DNA of 58,449 nt from positions 1 through 58,449 of the IMG/VR virus record IMGVR_UViG_3300017913_001414; one strand, given 5' to 3'. The notes beneath the pieces are model-generated. The model saw only the letters and a list, made by a program, of their open reading frames with translations. It had not been told where the DNA came from and did no database searches. A program made the position numbers and the translations under genes. The stretch's first letter is position 1. Every line of letters starts with the position of its first letter. Below, piece by piece: positions 18,748 to 29,595 of this stretch. The stretch comes from a virus (lineage: Duplodnaviria; Caudoviricetes).

Positions 18748-20580
18748 ATGAATGTTATTGAAGTACAGGAAAACCTAAAAGACTTCTCAGAAGAGCAGTT
18801 GATTTCAGAGATGCAAAACCCCAGCGGGTTCGCACCGCAATTTCTTGTGCTTTCTGAGATACAGCGCCGTAAGCGTATGCGCGATTCTTACAATCAGGCG
18901 AAGGCAGCACAGCAACCAACCGTGGCTCAGGAAGTGGTTAATGCTGCTGGAGTTCCTCAAGGGGGCGTTATGGACATGGCTCAGGCTATGGCCCCCAAAA
19001 GTTCTATGGAACAAAATACAGGCGTCATGTCTATGTATGGTGGCGGACTTATTGAAAAGCAGATAGGCGGGGATTTTGCCCTCAGCCTTCCTAGTGGTGC
19101 GCGTCAGGCCGCTGAACGCCGCCGTTCTCTGGAGCGCCGAATCCAGCGCCTTGCAGAAGAAGAAATGAGAAACATGAACCCGGGTCTTGTAGGCCCCGCA
19201 TTGGCCTCTCGCCGTATTAGCCGTCCAGAATATGAGGAATTTTATAGCGACCCTAACATGCCCGGGTACACGGACACTATTCCGGGTCGAGTTTTTGACG
19301 CTGAAATAGATGAGAGAAGAAGTATAGGTCAGGAGGCCGCTGCGTTAGGAGCAGACATCCCAAGCGTCATGCAGCTTACGGACGAAGAAGTTCAGATGGC
19401 TGGCTTGCGCGGCGCTCAACAGGCTGCTAGCGACCCAGAAAACTACAAGCGCCTTGCTAGCTCTGCCTTAGATGCTGTTGTTGACACTGGTAAAAGCGCT
19501 GCTCAGAATGTTTACGATGCCATTTACGGCTTTGGCTATGACAATCAGGAAGCCATTGATAGAGGTGTTGCTGCGGCGGGCGCAGCAGGTAGAGCCATCC
19601 AGCAGGGTGCTGAAACAGCATATGGCTCAATCCGCGAAGGCCTTACAAACCGTGAGTTGTCTGCCCCACGAGAGGGTGACACCGTTCTACAACGGGCTGG
19701 AAGGGATGCACTTGGTGGTATTCAGTCTCTAGCCAGTGGTATTTATGATGTTGCAGCGTCACCCTTCAGGGGAGCGGAGGAGATTGGACGTTATCTTGGT
19801 TCACCTGCCGATGCTCCTGAGGTCCCTGATGCATTCATAGCACTCGACCAAGCTATGGCCCGCAGGGGAGTCCGTCAGGATATGGAGCGTCAGCTAGAGA
19901 TGGCGCAGGCCGTGCAGTCAGGGTCCATGACAGCAGAGGAAGCTAATGAGGCATTGGCGATGGGTGCTAAACCTCCAGTGGCAACACCAACAGGAACAGC
20001 AAGCGCTGCCGACAAAGCAGCAGGCGTTATTGAGGTAGACCCTGCCGCCGTTCCTGATGCTGCTCCCGTCACCCAAATCCCAGCAGTACCCGGAAGGCCC
20101 GGCTCTGAAGTTACAGTTACCCCTCTTGAAGAGAGGTTGGTGCAGATGGAAGAAGACCGTGCTAAGGCTCTCGAGGCTAACAAGTATATAGCGCTGGCAC
20201 AGGCCGGGCTAACCTTGATGGGTTCTAATAAACCTACATTCGGAGAGGCTGTAAGTGAGGCAGGTCTTGCGGGCCTGAAGGCGATGCAGGGTGCCAAAGC
20301 ACAATACGACAAGGATGTTATTAGCCTTCTTAATGCCCGCTCTAAAGTGCAGCAGGCCCAGCAGAGGCGCGTAACTGACCCGCTTGAGTATCTTAAACTA
20401 GCCCAGCAATCTGAGAGACGTGCGATAGATATCCAAAAACTCCTTAGTGGGACAGAAGGTTCTTTAATGTCCGAAGAGCAAAGACAGCAACTAATGCAAG
20501 AACTGATAGACGTTAAGAACGAAGCGCGTCAGTATAGGCTTTTCGGTGGTGGAGCAAGGGTAGACCGCCGCGTATCGTAA
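18748..20580 (+). CDS. ejection protein
   Basis: 610-aa helical A/Q-rich protein between the pilot and giant genes. Confidence 0.65.
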   Translation: MNVIEVQENLKDFSEEQLISEMQNPSGFAPQFLVLSEIQRRKRMRDSYNQAKAAQQPTVAQEVVNAAGVPQGGVMDMAQAMAPKSSMEQNTGVMSMYGGGLIEKQIGGDFALSLPSGARQAAERRRSLERRIQRLAEEEMRNMNPGLVGPALASRRISRPEYEEFYSDPNMPGYTDTIPGRVFDAEIDERRSIGQEAAALGADIPSVMQLTDEEVQMAGLRGAQQAASDPENYKRLASSALDAVVDTGKSAAQNVYDAIYGFGYDNQEAIDRGVAAAGAAGRAIQQGAETAYGSIREGLTNRELSAPREGDTVLQRAGRDALGGIQSLASGIYDVAASPFRGAEEIGRYLGSPADAPEVPDAFIALDQAMARRGVRQDMERQLEMAQAVQSGSMTAEEANEALAMGAKPPVATPTGTASAADKAAGVIEVDPAAVPDAAPVTQIPAVPGRPGSEVTVTPLEERLVQMEEDRAKALEANKYIALAQAGLTLMGSNKPTFGEAVSEAGLAGLKAMQGAKAQYDKDVISLLNARSKVQQAQQRRVTDPLEYLKLAQQSERRAIDIQKLLSGTEGSLMSEEQRQQLMQELIDVKNEARQYRLFGGGARVDRRVS

Positions 20581-20590
20581 GGAGCCACCA

Positions 20591-23500
20591 ATGGGCATTT
20601 ATAGCGCATATGGTAAAAGTGGTAGGCTCTACAATTTGGGTATTGCTGGTGATGCACCAACACCTCAAGAGCTAGAGAAGATACCGGGGATTCTGGATGA
20701 GTTGGATGCCCAGTATTTTCCCCAACAATCAGCGCCTTTAGTAGAAGAAGATGACGGCACGGCACTTGGCCGTGGTCTTAGTCGTGGTGTGGATATTCTA
20801 CAGGAGGGTTACGGCTCTGCTGTAGAAGGTATCGGTAGCATCATAGGCAACAGAACCATCGAGGACTACGGCAGGGAGGTTGTTGAGGCTCAGAAGAGAG
20901 ACCTTGAAGATGTGCAGCGTGCTGTAGCAACATTCGAGGAAGTCAAAGACCTCGGTACGTTTGCCACATATTTCGGAGAAACCTTAGGCGAGACATCGCC
21001 TCAACTTGCAAGCACTATTGCTGGCTCGATAGCTGGTCAAGCGCTGATTCCTATCCCGGGTGTTGGTGCTGCCATAGGTGGTCTGGCTGCAAATATACCA
21101 TTCTTCTATGGTATGAATCGCGAGGCCCAGAAGGACGCCATCCAAGAGGGGTACAGAACAGAAATGAATGAGGGGGCTGCGGCTCTCACAGCAATTCCTC
21201 AGGCAGCCTTAGACCTTGTTGTTGACCGTCTTCTGGTAGGTTTATCTCCCACCCCGAAACTACTACAAGGTGGTGGCATATTTACTCGTGTTAGTAAGGG
21301 CGTTGGTGCTGGTGCTGCCATCGAAGCGCCTACTGAGGTTGGGCAACAATTACTGGAGCGTTATCAGGCCGGGAAACCGATTGATGACGAGGAGGCAATC
21401 AACGAATACCGTGAAGCGGCCATCGCTGGCGGTCTTGTTGGTGGTACTGTTCGAGGTACAACAAGCGCTTTCGGTGCAGCCGACCCAGAACAAAAGCAAA
21501 AAGATGCAGAATTAAACGAGGACTTAGAAGAGCTAGCTGTTGAGGCTTCTTCTAAGGCTCAGTTCGCCCGTGAATCTATAACAGCGCCGGAGTTGCTGCC
21601 AGCACCTGCACAGGTTGAGGAGCAGGAGATTGTTAATCAGCAGAGACAAGAGGACGCGACAACGACAGAGGAGTTGCTTGAGGCTAAACAGGAGGAGGCA
21701 CAAGAGCAGCAGCAGGAGCAGATAGACCAGTTGGGGTTGGCGGCTGACGAGAAGGCTGCTCTCGCCATGCAGAATGAAAAAGAAGCTGCCACTAAGTATG
21801 AACCTGTAGAGCTAGACACTCTTCCTGAAGAAGAACAGTTCAACATTATAGGCGCTAGGGATGTTCGTGGTGACGCGCTGATTAGCGCCCCAGTAACCAT
21901 AGAAGAGATTGAGAATCTCGTTGGACCAGAGGCAGCGCAGCGCGAAAGAAACAAGCAGAAGCCCCTGTCTCAGGGTGTAGACAACTCAACACCCAAACAG
22001 AGCAGACCATTCCGTCAAGACCAGTATGAGGCGGCGGTTGAGGCTGTCAGAAAAGATGGCAAAGTAAGTATCCCACGTATCGCCCGGGCAGCACGTATCG
22101 AAAGTGATGACGTTGTAAATAATGGGATGGCTAGGGAGCTTCGTTCAGAGCTTATTAGGAAGGGCGTTATTAATGAGGTTGGCGAAAACAAGTATGAGGT
22201 TGCACCAGAGCGCACCGTAGAAGAGGACCCAACCGTCGCCCTAGAGGAGTTGGACTCTGCCTACCAGCAGGAACTAGACCTAGCCCGTGATGAGTACAGG
22301 GCCTTAGAGCAACGCAGACAGGACCTGATAGAACAGAACACACCAGAGGCAACGGCAGAGATAGCCGATGTGCAGCGTGACATGGACAGCTTGGAGGCTG
22401 CCATATCATCAGCAGAGCAGAGCCGACAGACTGTTTCGCAGAGTGTGCAGGACGCCAAAGAAACTCAAGTACCGAAGGAATCTGCCCTCCCAGCCAAAGC
22501 ATCTAACAACGCCAGCCGCGCCGTCAACTCAGAAGTTACCGATAACTATGGGCAGGTTAGGCAGAAGGTAGCCAACAGATTGCGTAAATATCTACGCAGT
22601 CTTGGCCTCACAGATGTAAACTTGGTGACTGCAAATGTTCTTGAGGCTGGTAGGCTGGAGGATGGCACTCTGGTTGAGGGCTTCGAGGAGGCTGGAGAGA
22701 ATGGCAGCCGCATCATTGCTCTGGCTATGGAGATATACGACCCGTCACTGAGCGACACAGAGCTTGAGGCCCGCCTTCGCAGTGTGATGAACCACGAGAT
22801 TATTCACTCGCTAAAAGCGCTTGGCTTGTTTACTGATGCCGAGTTTGCTGCTCTGGTTAAGGCCGCCGAAAACCGTAAGTATGTGGCAATAAAGGGTGGC
22901 AAGGCTGTAGAGCGCAGCTACACATACCTTGACCGTGCAAAGAGACTATATCCCGGCGCTGATTTAGAGTTGCAGCAAGAGGAAGCTGTGGCTGAATTGT
23001 TCCGTGATTGGGCTGACGGCAAAATTAAGCTTGCTGGTCGCCCGAACACACTGTTCCAGCGGATTAAGAAGTTCATCAAGTCTATCTTCAACGCACACAA
23101 TGAAGAGGGTATTGATGGTGCAGACCAGATATTCTCGAACATTGTTACCTCAACCAAAGAGGACCAGATTGGTAGCCGTGCCAGACAGCAAGGCTTAGAA
23201 CGTCAGCAGAGGCTGTACTCCCTGCGCCGCACAAAGTCAGGCCAATATGTTGGCGCACCACAGGGTATTGATTCGCCACAAAAACTGCGCTCACTGCGCC
23301 GTAAGCTTGAGGCTCTCGCTGCTGCTGGTGAAGAAGGCCGCTTCTGGTACGAGCGTAGCGGTCAAGCAATACTAGAAGCTGCTGGCGGCAACAAGAGAGA
23401 AGCAGAGAAGATTGTTCAAGCTATAGCAATCACATCACCATCCACTCCCGTGAAGGATAACTTTGCCTATGCAATTCAAGCTTACGCTGCTTGGCGTGCT

Positions 23501-26500
23501 GGCAAGGAGATTAAGACAGGGCGATTCCCTCAAGCTATGAGCAAGCGCCTTGAAGAACTGTTCAATGGAAAGGACTGGGAGGGTCGTAAGACCAACAACT
23601 TCTACATCAACTTGATGAGAGAGATTGACCCAGAACGTAGTCAAGGCGTTACCATTGATATCTGGATGATGCGTGCTTTGGGTTATGACAGTGAGAATCC
23701 AACAGACGCCCAGTATTCATTCGCTGAAGAAGAGACACTCCGTATTGCGAACAAGTACGGCTGGGAGCCTCAGCAGGCGCAGGCTGCTATTTGGGTAGCG
23801 GCTAAGGCGGCTATGGACGGTAAGCCAGTATCTCAAATGTCATATGACTACTCCACTGCCCTTGAAGAAAATCTTGGTCAGATTAGCTGGGAAAGTATAC
23901 CCGGTGCTACGGCTAATCATATGCCCGAAATGTTTGATGCGCCGATGGAGCAGCAGGCTGAGTATCATGTCGATATATCTAAGGCGTTTTTAGATGATGA
24001 GGGATTTGATATTGCTGCGCGGGAGCTTGGCCTTCTTACGCCCGGTGACTTTGAGGCGCCCGGATACTTCGAAGGCAAGGTAAGCCCCGGAACTCAGACC
24101 GAAGCTGTCATGGCCCGTCAGTACAAAGGCCCAACCTACGGTCAGGTTGACGCCGCCACTGAGGATTTGATTACTGCATATGCTGCTGTTCGTGGAATCC
24201 TAATGAAGCAGGATGGTGTCGGATGGCATCGCCCGTGGTTCGGTGATAAAGTGCGCCGCAAAGACTCTAATGGTGTTGAGATTCGATTGGGCAGGCCTTT
24301 GACTCAAGATGAGACAGCAAGGCTGGCGCAAATCATGAGTGACATAACGGGCCATAGCGAGTACAATCCTATTGGGTCTCGGGATGGTGCGCGTATAATT
24401 AACTTTGATTATGTCGGCACAGAGAACGCAGACTTTCAGTCTCAGGTTGAGCAAGCCCTTGAAGCTATGGAGTTTGACGGAGACCCAGAAGTAGATGCTG
24501 TACGATTTGCAGCGCAAACCGGATATGCCGGTAATGATTGGAGTGTAAATAAAAATGGCGAAGGTTACATTCAGACAGGCCTCGATGGACGACCCTCTCT
24601 TCAGCGGAGAGTTCAAGATATCGTCGAAACCATCCAGTCCAGAATCGATGACATCGATGCAGACTACTCAGAAAAATATGGATGGACAAGAAACAACGAA
24701 GTCAACGCAAACTTCAGGGCCACAGAAGAAGCGCCAGTAGAACCCCAACCTGCTGAGGAAAGTGACAGGGAACTTTCTGATATTGATGAGGGTCTCACAA
24801 GAGACCAGATTGATGACTTGCAGGATGCTCGAAGTGATATCGAGACAGCAGAGCAAGCCCAGCGTAAGTACAGCGTAAACCCGACAAAGCCATTCGCACT
24901 CAATCGTGCGCCAATCAAACGCGATACATATGAGTATGGTCAGATACGCGAAGGTAATCGCTTGGTGCCAGTTGTCTTGCCAGCAGGTAGGCACTTCGAT
25001 GACCAAGATGGGAGCAGCTTCGGATTGCACCACATACAAGAACGCAACCACGACACGGAGTTGCAAGAGGTGTCCAAGTATCCGCGTGTTGAGGAAGCTA
25101 TATACGACTTGCTCGCACGTTGGCGCAGCCAACAACACACAGACGGCTCTGATGTAGTTGGATTCCCACAGGGAAGAAACTTCTACCGCCTAGAGTGGGT
25201 CAACAATACTGGTCGCTCAAAAGTTCCATTGAACTTAGTTCTCCAGAGGGGGCAGACCAAAGACGGCAACGCCATCTATTTTGTTAAGACGTTCTTCCCA
25301 GACATGAATGCCGCGCAACCTCAACAGAGGCAGGCTGGTATGAGGCGGCGCAGCGCCCTGCCCATGACATCTGTGCGCTCATACAGCGTTATCATGCCAG
25401 AGAGACAGAGCAATATTGCGTACAGTCGTGCGGGCAAGCTTATACAAAAGGTAATCGGCAAGCCATTGAAGTTATTTGTTGGTGAGGATAAGGCCCAGAA
25501 ACTGTCTGAGCAGTTCATCACAAACTTCCAAGACAATATGTATCCTGTCGCAAAGCTTATTGATGACCTGAAAGCTGCTGGCGCTAACATCACAGACGCC
25601 CTAGATACATATCTGCAAGAGGAACTGTATCATGGACGGGTCGGCGCTAGGGTCGAAGAGAATCAGAAGAAGTTTTACACGCCGCTTGCCGAGTTGGTTA
25701 GGGATATAAGTATCCCAGCAGCTGTAATAGAAAGAATGTCTTCGTTTAGTGGTTTTGTTAAAGGCTCTTACGAGAACAACAATAGTGCCAAGCTCACTCT
25801 TGCCGAAGCATTTTTGTACGCCCGCCATGCAAAAGAACGCAACGCATATATCAGAGGAATCAACCCGGGTGAGGACTCAGGTTCTGGTATGACTGATGTT
25901 GAGGCTGACAAGATACTTGCGTTTATCTCTGGTCTTGATTCAGAGACTCAGTCCCAGCTTGCTGCTATAGCTGATGCTGCTGATGCCACGATTCAGAATA
26001 CAAATGATATACGTGTGGCCTCTGGCCTAACGCCAGACTTTAATGATGGAAGTCCAGTCACCCTTGAGGATGGCACAGAAGCTGCGCCACCTAGCTTCTC
26101 TTCGTATGTTCCGTTGCGCGGTATCTTAGACCCAGAGAGTGAAGCCACAGAGGAGGCCAGAACAAGCTACGGCAGGGGTGGCGACAGGTTCGGTGTTCGT
26201 GGTCGTGAGGACCGCAGGGCTTTGGGTCGCGGTGAGTACGCAGAGAGCATACTCGCCAACATCATGACGCAAAATCAGAACGCTATTATACGTTCAGAGA
26301 AGAACAATGTGGGCAAGTCTTTCTTGGAGTTGATTAGGCAGAACCCAGAACTGATGGCTCCAGTTGCCCGTGTGCTTGAGAGCCGACCCACCACCCGTGG
26401 TTTGGTAAACGGTACTGTTCGCACAGTCCCAGCCATGATGCCACAAGATGACATACTTGTAGTAAAGGATGGCGGTCAGGAAGTGTATATAGAAATCCTT

Positions 26501-28258
26501 GACCCTCGCATTGCCAAAGCAATGAAGGGTGCAAGCGGTATGTCTACGGAGTCTATGGGTGTTGTTACTCGTGCTATGGGCAAGCTGAACAGATACCTGT
26601 CCAACATCAACACCTCATTCAACCCTGAGTTCTTGATTACTAACTTGGTCCGTGACTTGCAAACTGCCGGTGTTAACTTGGGTCAGTTTGACCAAGACAA
26701 GTTGTCTCGTGAGGTTCTTGGTGGGGTCACTGGTGCGCTGAAGGGAATCAAGCGTTCAATTATCAACGGAGACAATAGCTCTGAGTGGTCGCAAATATTT
26801 GAAGACTTTGTAGCCAATGGTGGCAAGACATCTGCTAACCCCATGACAACGCTGCAAGACCAGCTAAACTCAATCAACGATACTTTGGGCGACATCTCCG
26901 ATGCTGGTGTACGCAAGCAGTGGGGTCGTGTGAAGCGCAGTTTCGTTGGCGATATCTTTAGAGCGCTTGAGAATTACAACACCGTGGTTGAGAACGGTAT
27001 CCGTGTCGCTACATACAAGGCGCTGCTTGACCGTGGGTACACAAAAGAACGTGCGGCGCAGGCAGCTAAAAATGTTACAGTGAACTTTACAAAGGGCGGT
27101 GAGTACAAGACATTCATGAACTCTTGGTCTCTGTTCTACAATGCATCACTGCAAGGTTCGATGGCACTCCTCACGGCTGCTACACGCTCCAAGCGTGTGC
27201 AGAAACTGTGGGCTGGTGTTGTGGTGGCTGGACTTCTGCAAGACCAGTTGAACGCTGCCCTCTCAGAGGAGGACGAGGACGGAGAACTTCAGTACGATAA
27301 GATTCCTGACTATGTTCTTGAGCATAACTTCATACTGCCCGACCCATTCGGTATTACTGAGCGCTCTTACATTAAGATTCCACTGCCATATGGATTAAAT
27401 ATGGCACACAACATTGGTCGAACATTGAGCCGTTCTGGTCGTGGAGAGTACCAGCCGGGCGAAGCAACAAGCACTATTGTTGCGACAATTCTTGAGGCAG
27501 TTAACCCGATGGGCGGACTTGACCCAGATGCAACTGGGTACGGCTTCCTTAACTTTGTTGCCCCGACAATCGCTGACCCGTTTATTGACATCGCAGAGAA
27601 CGAGGACTTTGCTAACAAGCCAGTATATAAAGAGGCATCACAGTTTGGTGTGCCTGCCCCAGATAGTCAGCTTTACTGGTCTACAACCTCGCCATCAGCT
27701 AAGTGGATTACTGATAATCTCAACAGCTTAACAGGTGGTACACCCTCCATGTCTGGTTACATCGACATATCACCAGACATATTGGACTTCTGGTTTGAGT
27801 TTGCAACGGGTGGTGTCGGTAGGTTCGTTCAGCGCACTGCTGAGTTTGGTGCGTCAACCGCACCCAAGATTATTACTGGTGACTTTGAGGACGAGATGGT
27901 TCGGGCGATACCTCTCGCTCGTAAGGTTGTCGGCAGTGTCTCAGACAGAGAAGATACAGAGAACTTTATTAACAACAGAAACGTCATCCTAACGGCACGG
28001 AGAGAGTTGCTTGAGGCAACTCGTGCGGGAGATGTAGCCAGAATAGAGGCCGTAAGAAACAGCTACGCAGATGAACTGGCTATCGCTCCTCGTATGAATG
28101 CTCTCAACAACAGACGTAATCAGTTGCTGCGCCGCCGCAATCAGATTAAAAAAGCGCCGAATATTCCTGAGGCTCAAAAAGAAAAGCTTTTAGAGCGAGT
28201 TAATGAGCAGATACAGGAAGTTGTGCTAAGGGCAAACCAGCTTACTCGTCAGCGTTAA
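20591..28258 (+). CDS. giant polyvalent internal virion protein (zincin HEXXH, glycosylase-like, PBECR-like and LPD38-like domains)
   Basis: 2555 aa; NHEIIH..E motif; WY..AITSP..KT.NF..VTIDIWM..QAAIW; FGLHHI; C-terminal YIKIPLPYG..N.DF...P. Confidence 0.75.
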   Translation: MGIYSAYGKSGRLYNLGIAGDAPTPQELEKIPGILDELDAQYFPQQSAPLVEEDDGTALGRGLSRGVDILQEGYGSAVEGIGSIIGNRTIEDYGREVVEAQKRDLEDVQRAVATFEEVKDLGTFATYFGETLGETSPQLASTIAGSIAGQALIPIPGVGAAIGGLAANIPFFYGMNREAQKDAIQEGYRTEMNEGAAALTAIPQAALDLVVDRLLVGLSPTPKLLQGGGIFTRVSKGVGAGAAIEAPTEVGQQLLERYQAGKPIDDEEAINEYREAAIAGGLVGGTVRGTTSAFGAADPEQKQKDAELNEDLEELAVEASSKAQFARESITAPELLPAPAQVEEQEIVNQQRQEDATTTEELLEAKQEEAQEQQQEQIDQLGLAADEKAALAMQNEKEAATKYEPVELDTLPEEEQFNIIGARDVRGDALISAPVTIEEIENLVGPEAAQRERNKQKPLSQGVDNSTPKQSRPFRQDQYEAAVEAVRKDGKVSIPRIARAARIESDDVVNNGMARELRSELIRKGVINEVGENKYEVAPERTVEEDPTVALEELDSAYQQELDLARDEYRALEQRRQDLIEQNTPEATAEIADVQRDMDSLEAAISSAEQSRQTVSQSVQDAKETQVPKESALPAKASNNASRAVNSEVTDNYGQVRQKVANRLRKYLRSLGLTDVNLVTANVLEAGRLEDGTLVEGFEEAGENGSRIIALAMEIYDPSLSDTELEARLRSVMNHEIIHSLKALGLFTDAEFAALVKAAENRKYVAIKGGKAVERSYTYLDRAKRLYPGADLELQQEEAVAELFRDWADGKIKLAGRPNTLFQRIKKFIKSIFNAHNEEGIDGADQIFSNIVTSTKEDQIGSRARQQGLERQQRLYSLRRTKSGQYVGAPQGIDSPQKLRSLRRKLEALAAAGEEGRFWYERSGQAILEAAGGNKREAEKIVQAIAITSPSTPVKDNFAYAIQAYAAWRAGKEIKTGRFPQAMSKRLEELFNGKDWEGRKTNNFYINLMREIDPERSQGVTIDIWMMRALGYDSENPTDAQYSFAEEETLRIANKYGWEPQQAQAAIWVAAKAAMDGKPVSQMSYDYSTALEENLGQISWESIPGATANHMPEMFDAPMEQQAEYHVDISKAFLDDEGFDIAARELGLLTPGDFEAPGYFEGKVSPGTQTEAVMARQYKGPTYGQVDAATEDLITAYAAVRGILMKQDGVGWHRPWFGDKVRRKDSNGVEIRLGRPLTQDETARLAQIMSDITGHSEYNPIGSRDGARIINFDYVGTENADFQSQVEQALEAMEFDGDPEVDAVRFAAQTGYAGNDWSVNKNGEGYIQTGLDGRPSLQRRVQDIVETIQSRIDDIDADYSEKYGWTRNNEVNANFRATEEAPVEPQPAEESDRELSDIDEGLTRDQIDDLQDARSDIETAEQAQRKYSVNPTKPFALNRAPIKRDTYEYGQIREGNRLVPVVLPAGRHFDDQDGSSFGLHHIQERNHDTELQEVSKYPRVEEAIYDLLARWRSQQHTDGSDVVGFPQGRNFYRLEWVNNTGRSKVPLNLVLQRGQTKDGNAIYFVKTFFPDMNAAQPQQRQAGMRRRSALPMTSVRSYSVIMPERQSNIAYSRAGKLIQKVIGKPLKLFVGEDKAQKLSEQFITNFQDNMYPVAKLIDDLKAAGANITDALDTYLQEELYHGRVGARVEENQKKFYTPLAELVRDISIPAAVIERMSSFSGFVKGSYENNNSAKLTLAEAFLYARHAKERNAYIRGINPGEDSGSGMTDVEADKILAFISGLDSETQSQLAAIADAADATIQNTNDIRVASGLTPDFNDGSPVTLEDGTEAAPPSFSSYVPLRGILDPESEATEEARTSYGRGGDRFGVRGREDRRALGRGEYAESILANIMTQNQNAIIRSEKNNVGKSFLELIRQNPELMAPVARVLESRPTTRGLVNGTVRTVPAMMPQDDILVVKDGGQEVYIEILDPRIAKAMKGASGMSTESMGVVTRAMGKLNRYLSNINTSFNPEFLITNLVRDLQTAGVNLGQFDQDKLSREVLGGVTGALKGIKRSIINGDNSSEWSQIFEDFVANGGKTSANPMTTLQDQLNSINDTLGDISDAGVRKQWGRVKRSFVGDIFRALENYNTVVENGIRVATYKALLDRGYTKERAAQAAKNVTVNFTKGGEYKTFMNSWSLFYNASLQGSMALLTAATRSKRVQKLWAGVVVAGLLQDQLNAALSEEDEDGELQYDKIPDYVLEHNFILPDPFGITERSYIKIPLPYGLNMAHNIGRTLSRSGRGEYQPGEATSTIVATILEAVNPMGGLDPDATGYGFLNFVAPTIADPFIDIAENEDFANKPVYKEASQFGVPAPDSQLYWSTTSPSAKWITDNLNSLTGGTPSMSGYIDISPDILDFWFEFATGGVGRFVQRTAEFGASTAPKIITGDFEDEMVRAIPLARKVVGSVSDREDTENFINNRNVILTARRELLEATRAGDVARIEAVRNSYADELAIAPRMNALNNRRNQLLRRRNQIKKAPNIPEAQKEKLLERVNEQIQEVVLRANQLTRQR

Positions 28259-28763
28259 AGAACGCGGCGAAGGTAAACCTATACTCAGGTGCTGCTTGGC
28301 TGGGTGGTCTAAGACTGTGCATCACTCCAGCTTTTAACCAAAGAACCCTTCCGGGCCTAAATGTTATTGCGTGTTCTGCTTCGTAGTCATGCTCAGAGTA
28401 AATGATTGTCTCCCCCGCCCACTCAGGATTCCACCTGTGGTTGCAGTAGTAGAGGAAGACCTCTTCGTTGTGATGGGTGTGGGGCAGGAATGTATTTGAC
28501 GGTTCGGCAAGATTGATAACCTGCTTTACTGGTGTCCTGCCCCTAATCAGTTCATCTATTCTGGGGTTGTTGTGAAGACGAAACACCCCCATCTCCTCAA
28601 CGTCCTCTAAGGAATAGTTACTGAATAGAATCCTGCGCTGACCCGTCACATCATCCCAATGTTGGTCTGCCCAGCCCAAGAGATACCGACTGTTCCGCAC
28701 ATAGCCGAACATATGCTCCCTATCCTGCGCGGAGTATGCGTTGTCTATTATCTCGAATCGCAT
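28242..28763 (-). CDS. 2OG-Fe(II) oxygenase-like protein
   Basis: PHTH, LYYCN..W..EWAGET, PGRV, HS.RPP, YRFT. Confidence 0.75.
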   Translation of the reverse strand: MRFEIIDNAYSAQDREHMFGYVRNSRYLLGWADQHWDDVTGQRRILFSNYSLEDVEEMGVFRLHNNPRIDELIRGRTPVKQVINLAEPSNTFLPHTHHNEEVFLYYCNHRWNPEWAGETIIYSEHDYEAEHAITFRPGRVLWLKAGVMHSLRPPSQAAPEYRFTFAAFFNADE

Positions 28764-28764
28764 A

Positions 28765-29190
28765 TCAATCCCATCTATAGAATATATGGCTGTCTATCTT
28801 CACTATCCGTGTGTGAAGCTTGGACCATCGGGGTGATACATAGTCAGCGTGATAGTGTGTTGCGCCATCAAGTATCCCGTAATAATGACCATCCAAAACA
28901 GTCTTTGCATTTTCGTATGCTTGCTTAAATGCCTTCTCGTTTCTTGGGGTATCAGGCAGCCCATCGCAATACCAGCTAAACTGGCATCGGTCTCGAATCG
29001 GGTAGGTCTTACCACTCTTTGCTGTGTAGTGCCTTCCCTCGTATATTACATCGCAAGGTGTATCGGGAAACCTATCATCCCCAACACGGTTCATCACAAC
29101 CTGCGCGACAGCTAACTGTCCCACAGTGCTTTCGTTTCTGGCCTCGTGATATATGTTTAAGGCCATGCACATAATTGTTTCTGCAATCAT
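28765..29190 (-). CDS. cell wall hydrolase (SleB/Hydrolase_2 family)
   Basis: CMALNIYHEARNE, AVAQVVMNRV, CQFSWYCDG, GATHYHADYV.P.W, HIFY. Confidence 0.92.
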   Translation of the reverse strand: MIAETIMCMALNIYHEARNESTVGQLAVAQVVMNRVGDDRFPDTPCDVIYEGRHYTAKSGKTYPIRDRCQFSWYCDGLPDTPRNEKAFKQAYENAKTVLDGHYYGILDGATHYHADYVSPRWSKLHTRIVKIDSHIFYRWD

Positions 29191-29216
29191 GAAGTCCTCC
29201 CAAAAGTTATATATAA

Positions 29217-29402
29217 CTAATGAAGGAGACCACCGTTCTCGTGGTACTCCCTTTCATCTAAAGATTTGTGTACTACAGTAAAGCCATCATCGTCTGGGTT
29301 ACACCAGCAGTGCCTAGATTTCCTATGCTCCATGATGTCACCCAGCGGTATGATGTGAACAGCTGGTAAGCTGTCTTCTTCAAGCGTTACTACAATCCAC
29401 AT
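29217..29402 (-). CDS. small His/Cys-containing hypothetical protein
   Basis: H..P..D..EH...CWC.P...VVH motif; AAGGA RBS. Confidence 0.55.
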   Translation of the reverse strand: MWIVVTLEEDSLPAVHIIPLGDIMEHRKSRHCWCNPDDDGFTVVHKSLDEREYHENGGLLH

Positions 29403-29403
29403 A

Positions 29404-29595
29404 CTATCCTTTGTAGTTTCGATACCATTCCTGTACATCTTCATACAGCCACCTCTTCATTTTAGGTAGCCTTCGGTCTGGCTCTGGGAAGTTTTCGTCT
29501 TGCTTTATTATCCTATAAACAGTGGGTCTGCTGCAAGCTAATAGAGCAGCAACATCCTTCACTGTTACAAACTTCTTTTCGGCTTGTTCTTCCAT
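29404..29595 (-). CDS. AlpA/excisionase-like HTH regulator
   Basis: VKDVAALLACSRPTVYR..K...FP.P....RW...V..W. Confidence 0.85.
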   Translation of the reverse strand: MEEQAEKKFVTVKDVAALLACSRPTVYRIIKQDENFPEPDRRLPKMKRWLYEDVQEWYRNYKG

